Assembly (NCBI RefSeq): GCF_026571515.1
Contig: NW_026855093.1
Location: forward strand, 62,001 to 126,000
Reading direction: 5' to 3'
From: Ruditapes philippinarum
Lineage: Eukaryota
Length of the DNA stretch: 64,000 nucleotides
Part shown: in pieces, positions 50,679 through 63,375 of the stretch
Layout: every line of letters begins with the position of its first letter
Position numbering within the stretch: the stretch's first letter is position 1
Notes under the pieces: generated by a model
Database searches by the model: none
What the model saw: only the letters and a program-made list of their open reading frames with translations
What the model was told of the DNA's origin: nothing
Translations under genes and position numbers: made by a program

Positions 50679-53600
50679 TTAAACCTCATCACTATAAGTC
50701 TCTACACTGCCATGATCCTCGTTGTGTAATACATATTCAACTCTATCTGTCGCGTAATGCATTGCCTGTCTTAAGGCAAGTAATATCGGGATATTTGTAA
50801 TTGGCCCTACGTTGAAATCCTCTTCATAATTTTTGACCGGATGAATTGATGCCTGTGATATCACAAACACTTCACTGGCTATTTTTACGGCTTCATAAAT
50901 TTTCTCACTCCTGAACATTAGGGATATGTCTCTCTCAACCTCGTCGCATATATTTTCGACCTTTGTCAGAATAAGGATCCGAGGAATACCTGTAAACATA
51001 TTTGAAATCAATATCACTTATGAATGGAGAACATATATTTTTTATCTAGGAATTGTTATGACTTTTACATGCTATCTCCCTAATGCGGATGCACCAAGTT
51101 GCATAACTGTACGTCTACTTGCTCTTGGTCGTGACTGACCACTCAAAGCAAACACTGTAATGCATTTTGATTGTATTTCTTAAAGTAACTTCATTACTAT
51201 CAAGATCTTTTAGTATTTGAGACTTGTTGAACTGACTATTGTTTAAGTTACTTTTATAACTTTAACAACTGTCTTTTGTTGACAAACAATTTTTCACCAA
51301 TAACTTAATACGTCAATACTTGATTGGAAATTTCATTGCTACAAGAGCCAGTCAAACAGGGTGATTTTATATTTCCGATCTTTAAAGATCGTTCAGCGCG
51401 ATATCATTGTTGTGCTTGTTGTTTTTTTAGTTTTTTTCCTATTCGGCGGCTATTTTCCTCACTTGAATACTGTTTAATCACCATAAGGCTATGTGGCCTG
51501 ATATTTAAATTTTTCTTTTCACGTCACTGTGATATGCAGGCTTCATAACCTCTGTTCCCCTTTCAAAATTCCATTTTATTCAGTTCCGCCCATTGTTTTC
51601 TAGTTTAGGGTACACACATTTTTTTTAGGAATGGCACAAACGTGTCACAATGAAGGTTTCATGATACCCGTCATATGAACACATTTGAGGATATTTCTCA
51701 ATTCCAAATTTTACCAGTTCATGATAAATGTAAAAACTGCTAAAGCCGGTGCTAGGGGGCTTGGACGGCAGTTTGAACTTACCAGTACCGTCCATAAACA
51801 GACATTTTCAATTTTGCCGTGTTGGGTTTTCTTTAGGGATTTTTATTTCTCTCTCTATTTGAACAAAGAAATATAGTTTGTCATGAAAGTGTTTACCAAA
51901 TTCAGCATAATGATATTATGTTTTGGATAGTTGCTTGAAAATGTTTAAATGTTAAATATGCAATGCAGAAATAATTAATCTTTAATTGACAATTTCTTTT
52001 GCACTGAATTTCTACTCAATAAGAACTTACTACCTACTAAGTGTCTTATTGATATCTCTTGTACTTTCTGAGTTAAACGTGTAAAAAGGAAAAACAGGAA
52101 TTTGCGTTCATTGAACGCCGCCTTCCCTTGTTGATCTTGTTTATCATTTTTTACATTAGACGTTAGGCAATACAGGCTGACAGTTCTTATGCACTTCACT
52201 CCTACTCAGTAATATGTCTACCTAATAATCCGTTGTGATATCTATTGTAGTTCTAGAGTGTTGTCTCTGACACGAATATGCGGAAGGGCGAATTGACAGA
52301 CTAATCGACATACAGACAGAAAATGCGGCAACTATATGCTCTCATTTCAGAGAGCAAAAAAAACTTTATATATTAACAGCAAGTTTTGTTATCCCCCGCC
52401 GATGGAATCGGAAGGGGGGGGGTATTGTTTTGGCGTTGTCCGTCCGTCCGTCCGAATTTCGTTTCCGCGCTACTTCTCTGCAACTACTGGCTGGAATTCA
52501 ACAAAACTTTATGGGAATCATCAATATCAAGAGGAGATGCGCATATCGTCGGCTTGTTCCGGTCCGACACTTTAACTCAGAGAAATGGCCCTTGATTAGT
52601 TATGCAGTATGCATATTGAGTAAAAATCGTTTCCGCGCTACTTCTCTGCAACTACTGGCTGGAATTCAACGAAACTTTCTGGGAACCTTCAATATCAAGA
52701 GGGGATGCGCATATCGTCGGCTTGTTCCGGTCCGACACTTTAACTCAGAATTATGGCCCTTGAATAGTTATGCAGTATGCATATAGAGTAAAAATCGTTT
52801 CCGCGCTACTTCTCTGCAACTACTGGTTGGAATTAAACGAAACTTTATGGGAACCTTCAATATCAAGAGGGGATGCGCATATCGTCGGCTTGCTCCGGTC
52901 CGACACTTTAACTCAGAGTTATGGCCCTTGATTACTTATGCAGTATGCATATAGAACAAAAATCATTTCCGCGCTACTTCTCTTCAACTACTGGCTGGAA
53001 TTCAACGAAACTTTCTGGGAACCTTCAATACTAAGAGGAATTGCGCATATCGTAACCATATTTTGGTCAGACACTTTATCTCAGAGTTATGGCCCTTGAT
53101 TAGTTATGCAGTATGCATATAGAGTAAAAATCGTTTCCGCGCTACTTCTCTGCAACTTCTGGTTGGAATTCAACGACACTTTATGGGAACCTTCAATATC
53201 AAGAGGAGATGCGCATACCGTCGGCTTGTTCCGGTCCGACACTTTAACTCAGAGTTATGGCCCTTGATTACTTATGCAGTATGCATATAGAACAAACATC
53301 ATTTCCGCGCTACTTCTCTGCAACTACAGGCTGGAATTCAACAAAACTTTATGAGAACCTTCAATACCAAGAGGAGATGCGCATATCGTAACCATGTTTT
53401 GGTCAGACCCTTTATCTTAGAGTTATGGCTCTTGATTAGTTATGCAGTATGCATGTAGAGCAAAACTCGTTTCCGTGCTACTTCTCTGCAACTTCTGGTT
53501 GGAATGCAACAAAACTTTATGGGAACCTTCAATACCAAGAGAAGATGCGCATATCATTGCCTTGTTGGGGTCAGACATTTTAACTCAGAGTTATGGCCCT

Positions 53601-56600
53601 TGATTAGTTATGCAGTATGTATATAGAAAAATATTTGTTTCTGCGCTTCTTCTCTGCAACTACTGGCTAGAATTCAATGAAACTTTATGGGTACTTTCAA
53701 TACCAAGAGGAGATACACATATCGTCGCCTTGTTTGGGTCAGACATTTTAACTTAGAGTTATGACCCTTGATAACTTATGCAGTATACAACCAGAGCAAT
53801 ACTCGTTTCCGTGCTACTTCTCTGTATCTACTGGCTGGAATTCAATGAAACTTTATAGGATACAAAGAGGAGATGTGCATACAGTCGCCTTGTTGGGTCA
53901 GACAGTTATAACTCAGATTTATGGCCCTTGATTAGTTATGCAGTATGCATACATCTCATTGGCATTTCCAGATATTACTATTTAACACAGAGTTATGGCT
54001 CTGTTATTGCCCTGAATATTTATCAAGTTCAAAGAATATTACTGTTTATGCCATGATAAATATATAAATAAAGCCTTATGTCTTCAGTTGTTATGTTAGT
54101 GATAACCAGTACTAGGCGGGGGATATAAATTCAACGAATGTGCTTGTTTCATTATGCATTACATCAGTTGTTCTTTTTACTTACTGTTTCTTCTAAATTT
54201 ATCAAATATTATTTTAAAAAGGACACCTATTTGCACACAAAACCTCTGCATCTAATCGGTAGCAGTATGTTCCGCTTTAGCAATGCAGCAATCACCCAGA
54301 TATATTTCCAAGAATTTCAATGTGAATTGATGATTCATAATATTGCGTCTATAATTCTTTTAACAATTCTCTAAATTATATTTTTTTATTGCCTTCTGCC
54401 ACACTTTTATAACATCTTATGTTTTAACTAATGTGTTTTTATTGTTTAAGTTAAAAATGTATAAAATGTGAATTTAAATAAACAATGCCTTATCCTTAAA
54501 CGCACTTTCTTTCAAATGGTAATTATATACAGCGGACAGAACAATAAATATAAGAAACCATAACTTACGTTTATCTTTAATTATTTTTTGTAACCTTTTC
54601 ATTTTTTGTACGTATGCTCTCGTCATACCAGTGAGTATGTTTTCTGCACTCATGACAAAAATGATACAGTGCATCTGGTCATACACATTTGGGTCGCGAT
54701 TATAATACGTGCTTTGGTCAGATATCGGCCTGTCTTTAATGAACTGCAAAAAGTAAAGGCATAATAATACGTCAAGTTTATTTCTCAAGCAATTGAATAA
54801 GTCAATCGGAACACTTAAGTCGGAAGAGGTAAAATATATCTTAGTTCAGCACGGCCTGCTCTCATTAGACATTAAAGAAGTTTTGATATAATGGTAAATA
54901 TTGGTACTTTAAGTGCTAAGAAGATATGAGGAAATGTTTGGGCATAGAAAGTACATAAGATGAGGAACAAGATCAACCAGGATGTGTGACATTTTATAAA
55001 CGAATCACAAAAGTAATAACAAAAAGGAATTGGATTATAAAACTATAAGGTAAAAAGATGAAAATTTATCAAAATACCTACAATAAAAATTGGTTGTAAG
55101 AGAAGGTAACAGAAGAACGGGGTATGGAAAAGGGGGAAGGGTAAAATTGAAAATATCCAGCGGGAAAGTGATATACTTACCAAAGACGACAAGCAAGTAG
55201 TGACACAAAAGTCACTAAAACTTCCCTGCTATGCGAAATTATATCAGTTGTTACGGTAAATCGTAAAATGAGTAGCCCAAAAAAATGCTCATGTAGATAA
55301 ACTTAAAAGTTAAACCAAATGGCCACAACAAAAGAATCCAAAAAGAAAACAGAGCAGCAATTATCACACCTTCAAGGACAGAAAGGAGCCAGACATAAGA
55401 CGCAAATAAAGAAAATTAAGAACCAAATTGGTTTAATGAACTGTTCATTATAGAGTCTTTCATTTCTTCCGTCATATGTAATCCAAGTTGGAAAGCGTGG
55501 TGCCCAATTGTAAAAATAAATAGTATGGTCCTAACATTAATAAATGTTAAAACATTTCATTATTTAAAAGAGACAAACCTTGTCCCTTTTGTATGTAAAT
55601 ATGCACGTCCTTTCGACAAGTATAGGTATAAAAGTAATCCTCTTTCTGTATCTAATTTTGCTTCAAAATAATTATTCAAGAGCTGCTACTAATATGTGAC
55701 ATTACTGAGTGAAAATCAAGGTGGTGAATAGGTTATACGTCGCACCAACACATTATATGTCATATTGCGTCTTCCAAGCTTTACTGTTTTGGATGTTCTC
55801 GAATGCTCCTCTCTGAATTATTTTTGCACGATCTTGAAAAGAACCACCGACATCAGTAACATAACTAGATATATATCTCACGTGAAATAATCCAAAGTCA
55901 CTTGCGGGATACAATTCCGCAGAAATGAGGGGGTAAGTGATTTTAAGTTACAACCTTAACCTTCGGCTACCGACGTCCCTGTGCAGAAAACTGGACATGG
56001 ACACATATCGATAAATAATTTAACGATATGCTGTAAAATGTAATTTTAGTAACTTGCAAACTGTTTATCTCTGAGGATAATATAATATATGACCTTTATT
56101 GATTTACGAATGTCAATATTGTTTTAATGCCCTCGGGCATATAGTAATTGAACCGTCCGTCCATCTGTCCGTACAAACCATACACATACATCCTTCTTTA
56201 ATGAGTCTGACACGGCGTCGCAGTATCAACAGATTCATCGTTGATGAATTCAGACGATATTCGGAGTCAGTAGTAATGTATGAGTTTAGGAAGCACGAAG
56301 GAGTATTGGAGCAAAATGTGTTGCCTTTTACTAGTGGATACTCGTGCAATCACAAAAGTCATAGACCAACCGGAGGCAAGGTCATCAGAGACATAGGTAG
56401 AGATATCAGTATTGATTGTTCTATATGTCCAGATTTAGAATCCAACGAGATTGAAACAACTTCAGCATTAGAAGAATGGTTTCAAGGTAAAGGATCGATG
56501 CCTATCGTTCCACCTGGTTTTTCCATCTCCTTCAACCTTTCAGAAGTTTTCTCAAAATATTGGGACAGATTGGGAGTTGCTTGGACATGCACTTAAAATA

Positions 56601-59600
56601 CCAAGGGTAAAGTTGGAACACATTAGAGATGAAAATGGAAGTAATGTCAAGCAAATATTTAAGATATTGGTTGAGTGGCGTGACATGAATGATGGTGATG
56701 TGTTTCTACAAGTGTTAATAACAGAGATTCAGAAGCTATCGGAAGTAACAGTTAACTGGGATGGAATCAGAAATATTGTGGATGAATTGAATGCCAGGTG
56801 AAGGTCGGTCAACACAAATGTAAATCAATGGTTAGTTAACCTGTAATTATATCGAGACAAGATCTGAATGGTCGTGACTTGGTTAAATGTTTAATTACCG
56901 TAACCTACAGGTTTTTAAATCAACTAGCATGTGTCAAATTTAATGTACATTTCTTAATATATAAGTTAATAAGTCTGTGGATTTGGACTATTTGCAGTCA
57001 TTTATTACACAGTCTATTATGACGGTTGTATTCTCATTGTCATAATTTCTTAAGTGTAGAGAAGTGTTTTATCTAAATTATCTATATTTGGCAGATTATT
57101 TAAGTGGCATTTTTCTTAAGTTGGGCAGTTTTTGAAGGTTCGTGATTCAAACTGCTTGGCAGATGATTTTAAGCAATTATCTCGAGGTAAAGTCTAGAAG
57201 ATTTTAACAACATAAATAATGTCCGTTATTACAATCTACAATTATATCTATATCTGTAACGCTTTTTTCTCTAATTTTAAAAGTAGATAAAGCATATCCT
57301 TGTTTTATTTTTCTCTTGATAACGAAATTCATGATTTATGATATTGTTTTAATTTTCATATTTCTTCTGTGAAGAAGTTTATTTTTATTTTCAATAACAT
57401 TTTTATGCCCCCGTACATATAATGATTGAACCGTCCGTTCGTCTGTCCGTACAAGCCAGAGCTACATTATGGGGTTTGGTCTATTGTTCTCATAACAATA
57501 GATGTCTTTGTTGTCATTCATTCCGTTTCTCTTGTGTTTTTTCTGCATTGTTGGGTAAAAAGAACAAAAGAAATAACAAAAGAAAACCCCCATTATGTAG
57601 CTCTGGTAAGAACTTCCGTCCGTCCGGCTGTCGTACGAGGTTAACCTAGAACGGCAAGTTGGAATTTTCTTAAGTTCTACCTGTACCAATGGCTTCTTAG
57701 TTTACACTCTTACTAATCAATACTAAGAACATGATCTGGTCAGGTTACATAACTATGTCTTCATTGATGCCAACACTATAAAGTGTTGAGAATTGAGTAC
57801 CGCTCAAGCCGGTGCTAGGGGGCGTGAGGGATGTTGCACTTATTCATTATCCCTCATGTACAGACTCAATCAAACCGAGTCTGCAATTCTTATGTTATTT
57901 TGTTGTGATTAATGCTTCCGAGGGATCACTTTGTTTCCAGAATTCCATATTTACCAAGTTATTGCCATTTTCAGCAGTTAGAATATGAAAAATGGTTAAC
58001 CTAAAACGGCAAGTTGGAAATATTTTAAATTCTATCTATACTAATGGCTTCATAATTTCCACACTAACTTATCAATTCAAAAATATGATATTGCCAAGTT
58101 ATATAACTGTGTCATCCATATTTCCCAGTTATTTCCCTTTTTTTCACTATGAAAATAAAGCCTTGTCTGGTTAACCTATTCATGCAAGTTGGATTTATCG
58201 TAAATTTCTCTTAATTGCTTAATTTATTTAATGATATCTTGCATATTTGGTAGGTGGATACCTTTAATGGTCCTATATTTTTTATAGAGTAAGTGGTCTC
58301 TATGGACAAAGTCAAGGTCACTGGTTAAGAAAATAAATTTAAACATTTTTGCTCATACAGCCTTTATATTTTGGTTGATGTCTTTCATGTTTCATACAAA
58401 CAAGCCAAGGGAGGTCCTCCTTCTTTGGGTATAGTAAGGGGTCATTTGGGTCAAGGTCAATGTCACCAATGTTTAAAATAGATTTTACATTTTTTCAGGT
58501 GGTTTAATCATATTCTATAGACAGATGTCATTTATAATTGATAGGAACATAAAATTTGATGGAGTTAGTGGTGAGTTGGGTCAAGGTCACCAGTGCTAAA
58601 AATAGATTTTACCACTTTTGCTCATACAGCCTTTATTTATTGAGAGATATATTTCATATTTTGTAGGAAGATAACTTGCATGGTATTCATCCTTTTGATT
58701 AGGGTAGGGATCAGTGGGTCAAGGTCACTTGTGCTAAAAATAGATTTTTACACTTTTGGCCATACAGGCTTTATTTATTGACAGGTGTAGGTGACTGCCA
58801 AGAATTGGAGCCGGGGCATTTGTGTTTAACAAACACGTTCTTGTTTATAAATAATATTAATATGTTAGTACTTACCCTGTATTTATTTTTGATATGCCCT
58901 TCAAACAAGAGCGTTGCATCGTTTTCGAGCATACCAATGCTGCCATCTGGTTCAATTCCCATACAATCATACAAATTAAATCCGCGTAGAAATCCCTCGT
59001 GAGTGTATTTAGTAAGCTTTAAAAATAAATTGTTTTCAAAAACGTAAATATTCGATCGTTATTTGTTCAATCCATTATGTGTACTAAATGGTATACAATA
59101 ATGTGTGCTAACATATAGTCTGTTTATGTTAAATAATAACAAAAATCCCCCTGCATACCGATTTAAGTGGTATTCAGTCTTAAGAAAAGTCTAGAGCAAT
59201 ATCATTACTGAAGTAAAGAACACTAGGAAAACAATATTTACTTAAAGAAGCAATATTTTTATTAAATTTATCTAACGCATGTTCTTTTTCTTTAAATTAC
59301 TAAATTTGTGTAAATAACAAGGAAACTTTTCTAAACTGAACACACTACAAAATGTTGAATTTCAGCATCTTCCGCGGAATAAAAAAACTGAATGTTTACA
59401 GACTGTTTGATGGAGTTTGTTAATTTATGCGGTGAGTAGTACACAACAAAGAACCTCTTTATTTAAATCCAACATTACAATATGAATTTTTTATCTTACT
59501 TCTACTGTTGTGCTTTCTATTCCGGAGAATGCTGTGTCTGCCATGGCATATTTTCGTCCTTTTGCAACGCTTAAGATTGAATTTACGAAACTAGATTTTC

Positions 59601-59685
59601 CTGCACCTACTGGACCTAACACTAACAAATTATGTTTTCTCCCCGGCCTCAATTGAGTTATTTCATTTACAAGAGACTGTTCAAG
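50679..59685 (-). CDS. IFI44L: IFI44/IFI44L-like P-loop GTPase, copy C (four 3' exons; 5' exons not identified in window)
   Basis: Exons 59685-59500 (186), 59016-58876 (141), 54743-54569 (175), 50989-50679. Same internal exon sizes and phases as A/B, open frame. Motifs GPVGAGKSSFVNS, DCMG, GHIKNKY, MHCIIFV, LTKVE, PVKNYE. Confidence 0.92.
51528..51860. mobile_element. Family X repeat copy
   Basis: Colinear with 30692-31065. Confidence 0.8.
51995..52365 (-). mobile_element. Fragment of the same HINE-like family as 37190-38380, including its GACA-microsatellite end
   Basis: 'tgcact...ctactcaat...tacctactaag...ttgatatctc' units followed by 'gacagac...gcggcaactatatgctc'. Confidence 0.6.
52384..54149 (+). 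mobile_element. Helentron-associated (HINE/DINE/pearl-type) element carrying about 9 tandem 168-bp satellite monomers
   Basis: Subterminal IRs TATCCCCCGCC (52390) / GGCGGGGGATA (54115), GTCC microsatellite, 3' hairpin and T-rich ends. Monomers start at 52461, 52629, 52797, 52965, 53133, 53301, 53469, 53637 and 53805. Confidence 0.9.
55725..55980 (-). mobile_element. Degenerate tRNA-SINE copy
   Basis: 'agctttactg...gaaccaccgac...gaaataatccaaagtc...gggat...ttaaccttcggctaccgacgtccc' matches the other SINE copies. Confidence 0.65.
56190..56801 (+). pseudogene. Death-domain gene 3' fragment (possibly COR C-terminus + death domain), one frameshift, antisense within an intron of IFI44-like copy C
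   Basis: ...CNH...CPD...LEEWF...PP, frameshift at about 56517, then VFPSPSTFQKFSQNIGTDWELLGHALKIPRVKLEHIRDENGSNVKQIFKILVEWRD...LITEIQKL*. This is the death-fold pattern (IG.DW..LG..L; F..L..W). Confidence 0.75.
57400..58846 (+). mobile_element. HINE/pearl-like element with internal repeats of about 135 bp and a nested family X copy (57800-57925)
   Basis: 5' TTTTATGCCCCC + GTCC/GTCT microsatellite. 3' GGGGCAT + hairpin GTGTTT-AAC-AAACAC + CTTGTTT. 'gtcaaggtca...aaaatagatttt' repeats at about 58311, 58449, 58579 and 58717. Confidence 0.75.
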
Positions 59686-60959
59686 CTGAAAATAAACAGT
59701 ATGGTACTGATAATGAACGAAAATTGAATTTAAATGATGAAAATATATCTAACTTAAAAACAATAGAGTTTATTGACTGAGTTACATGTGATAAAAACAT
59801 AACAGACTAAAAATAATTCTTTATTAAATGCAACTACATATAGTTAGAGCCTTAATTGAGTTGCAATTCTAATATAACATCAAAACCAAAAAAGTACTAA
59901 CGCCCAGTCATTAACGTTTGTACTATATCAAACAAATTTTCATTCCAGTTTGTGTGTGAAAAAAATGCCATTGACGATGGTTAATTTTGCCTATGGCGCA
60001 AATATATTGTTTTAGCTATATTTTGAATAAATTGATTTAATAAGTTTTTGCATTTCGCTAAATTATCTTGTTCTTATAAAAACTATTTGTCCAGCGTATG
60101 TCATTTTGTCTTAGATTAACTGCGTCACATTTAACATTTTCACCATTGCTAGAATTGTATTAATGTTATTATTTTGCTCACACTGAATACAATTCGTTGT
60201 CTCAATCATGAATGATTTGCATGCATGTAGCATCGACTTATAGACCTCTGTGAAGTCCCAGCTCTGCCGGGTCATTTTGTCTCAACAACCAGAATAAGGA
60301 AAACTGTTTGGTGGGAAATATTTAGTGTTCGAGCTGTCAAATGTAGCATGTAACATAGCTAAAGGCACCTGCAAAATTATTTAAAGAATGCTTCTTGTGT
60401 AAAAAAAACCCAAAATTAGGATCCCCTTTTTCTATAAAATTATGGCAAAGCATCTTATTTTTCGATATGGCTTTCCAGGGTTAATTTTAAAAGATGAATC
60501 ATTTTTGTATTCAATTTAAATTTCGAGATAAAAAAACGCCTGGGACGTGAGTTAAAATTAAAGGGGGTATTTTCACACTTGCCACAAATTGTATTCCGGG
60601 GTTAACTCAATTTCGAAATAAAACCAAATGCCAATGCCATTATAAATAAACTACAGTAACTAAATGTTATTAATTGACTTGATATAATCAAACTTCAACT
60701 ATTTATATGCCAATCAACTTTCTCAACTTTTGCATCATATGTTTGTGTGTCATTATTATATGAGGTAATTTAATTAGTTTTCAATGTTGACTTACTGTTT
60801 TATCAAAACAGCTGAAGGACGAATTAAACCCTATAAATGAGGTGTACACAGATTTTGTGCTAGAGAATTGAATGACCCCCCTTTCCAGATTTCAGAACAT
60901 GCAGCGTGTTTTTCAAATTTATATTGGATTTCTTGTTAAACTTCATACCATGTGTGTGA

Positions 60960-61935
60960 CCCGTGACTATCAATGACAGCTTTGCAGTGCCTTCTTATAC
61001 TCCCTATTAATTTTCTCCTTTTTCTTAATAATCTTTTAACTGGTATGGCTGCCCATCCGTGACCAACATTGCTACAAGCTCCTGGATGTTTCTGAGCTGC
61101 ACCTTATGGAATAATTTCAAACCTGCAGCTCATCCCACAGGTGGTATATTCGATTTAAGTCAGGTGAGCGAGCTGGCCAGTCCATGATCTCAATAGACTT
61201 TCTCTCTAAGAAGTCCTGGACCACCCTGGTCCTATTGGGGCGAGCATTTTCGTCCAATAGAATGAAATGATCGCCGACTTCTTCAGCATACAAGCTAACC
61301 CGGTTGTCTAAAATGTCTTCTATGAATCGCTGACCTGTCAATGTGCCTCTATTTAGTACAGCCAGGTCGGTTCGTCCATCCCAGCAGATGCCTCCCAGCA
61401 CTTAAATTGACCAATCTCCGCAGTGGTCATGCTCAGCAATATTTGCAGCCTGAAACCGTATATCTTGTCTTCTCTCGACTCTAGTATGCCTATCTGTGAG
61501 GTCATCAGTGAACACCAGTGTTGCGTCAACCATGTTATCCATCCATTCAAAACGGGCCTAGCAATGTCCTCACGTCAAGGTCTGCTTGACCGAAAATTAC
61601 CTTATGCAGCCTTCGACGTACCGTCTTCGTGGAAAACGGACCCGCGCATCATTAGCAAGGTTATTTCCAAAAGAAGTTTCTGTCACAAACCTTGCACGAC
61701 GTGCCTAAACGACCAACGACGTCGACCGATCCTGAGATGGTGTTTTGACTCTTTGCCGACTTCCAGCATTCTTCCCTTTGGGTGTACCATGTAGTCGGTA
61801 TCTCTCCCAAGCTCTGGCGGTGATGTTGACCAAGCGTCGCACCAACCTGGCGGAAGTTGGTCCCCTGCTGCACCATCCATACAGCCCTCTATTACTCTCT
61901 TTCTCTGAAATGCTGCCTAATGTTAGCATTTGCAA
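60960..61935 (-). mobile_element. Degenerate Tc1/mariner transposase
   Basis: HTH-like MVQQGTNFRQVG, VFTDD, GGICWDGRTDL...DENARP...WPARSPDLNRIYHLW. Multiple frameshifts and the catalytic Glu is lost. Confidence 0.9.
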
Positions 61936-63099
61936 TATCTAGGTGACAGATGTAAGATATGTAAGATACTGAATGAGAATAAGTCGGTAATGTCGTTGTA
62001 TAAAAAAATACATGTGAGTGTACAGCCTATCAAAAACATGATAATTTTGGGGTGCATGCTTTTCAGTTCTACCTAGACGAGTTGTGACGGATTGGTCAGC
62101 ACGGATTCATGTCAGGTGACTCAAATATTGCTGAATCTGAATTTTCAAAAGTGGAAAAATATGGAGGGCGATCGTTGCCAAAATTCCAGACATGTAATGT
62201 GTTCCTTTTGAAAACTACTTTTGAAAATGCGAACATGTATGTCTAGCATTTTTGATTGTATTCGTGCACAGAAAATGATATGCCTCTTAATCCAATCTTT
62301 TAATTGAAGGCAACCGCTTTTAAATAACAAGTTTACATGTAAATCTTAACAACTGACCTAACATGGAGAACAACAACAAATTTACAAGTTCGTATCTTCC
62401 ATTGCATATAATACATAAGCATGTTTACACACTTGTAGATATCTATCTGTACCTGAAAAATACAAATGAAATGTAAAACTCGAATACAGAAATTATAATT
62501 TAATAAAACGTGTTTGCAGTCGTAGAACTACAACAGTACGTTTACACAGTAACATGTTTAAAATGACAAAATTAGATTCACAAAGTTAAACGATTTTAAG
62601 TCATGCATGACGCCCCGCCCTCTCTGAGTATTTACGATCTTTTATTAAGGAAATGTACGGACTGGTATAATAACCGTCGCCTCTCTCCTATTTCTCAATA
62701 AAGTGAAGGAAAACACGGCGTCCATTCTAACTTTGGTTTTTTTATTTCTATAAAAAGTCAAATATTTTTGGTATCCAATGAAAGATTACTCCATTCGCTT
62801 TCTATGAGTGCCTCGGAAATAAAAATGAATTAAATAGATGTATTGAATTTTTTGTTTCAAAATTTATCATTTTTTCCTCTAAAAATAACACTCTCGAATT
62901 GGTAAGAAAAACACGGCGTTCCCTCCAAACCTTTTTTTATTTCGTTATCAATTATGATAATTTTGGATTGAAATAAAAGTGTGCTTCATACGGTTTATGA
63001 TATATGATTATATAATACCTAGAAAAATAAAAATGAATTAAATCAAAATGAATTAACTTTTCGTTAAAAAGTTTATCATGTTACTTTCTGTAAAATAGA

Positions 63100-63375
63100 G
63101 AAAATAAGAATCCCTAAAGAACGCTCAAAACGATAAAATTGAGAATGTTGCAGGCTCAGTTTGAATGAGCCTGTTCATGGACGGTAATGAAAACAGCAAG
63201 TTACCGTCCATGCCCCCTAGCACCGGCTTAAGCAAAATTCAACATGAACTTTTACAATTTTGAATTTTGAAACATCCGCAGATGTGTTCATATGGCGATT
63301 TTCATGGAACCTTCAATGTGACACGTAAGTGCCATACTATGAAAAACGGCATATGGTCCCCAAGTAAAAAAACAA
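63100..63375. mobile_element. Family X repeat copy (a further copy begins at about 63975)
   Basis: 'gcaggctcagtttgaatgagcctgttcatggacggtaatgaaaacagcaagttaccgtccatgccccctagcaccggc'. Confidence 0.8.

Noticed and set aside
52336-52786. Overlapping ORFs of 69-118 aa
   Set aside because: They lie in the 168-bp satellite array and the peptide simply repeats with the monomer.
52461-53955. Regular repeats resembling a CRISPR array
   Set aside because: Contiguous monomers without unique spacers, eukaryotic context, and no cas genes.
54800-55520. Purine-skewed tract, possible decayed LINE 3' end
   Set aside because: No reverse transcriptase motifs could be read.
60246-60275. Candidate first coding exon for copy C (MTRQSWDFTE, phase 0)
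   Set aside because: Phase fits and it faintly resembles RQPSNWSAE, but the donor (GTCTAT) is weak and the similarity is too short to support without transcripts.
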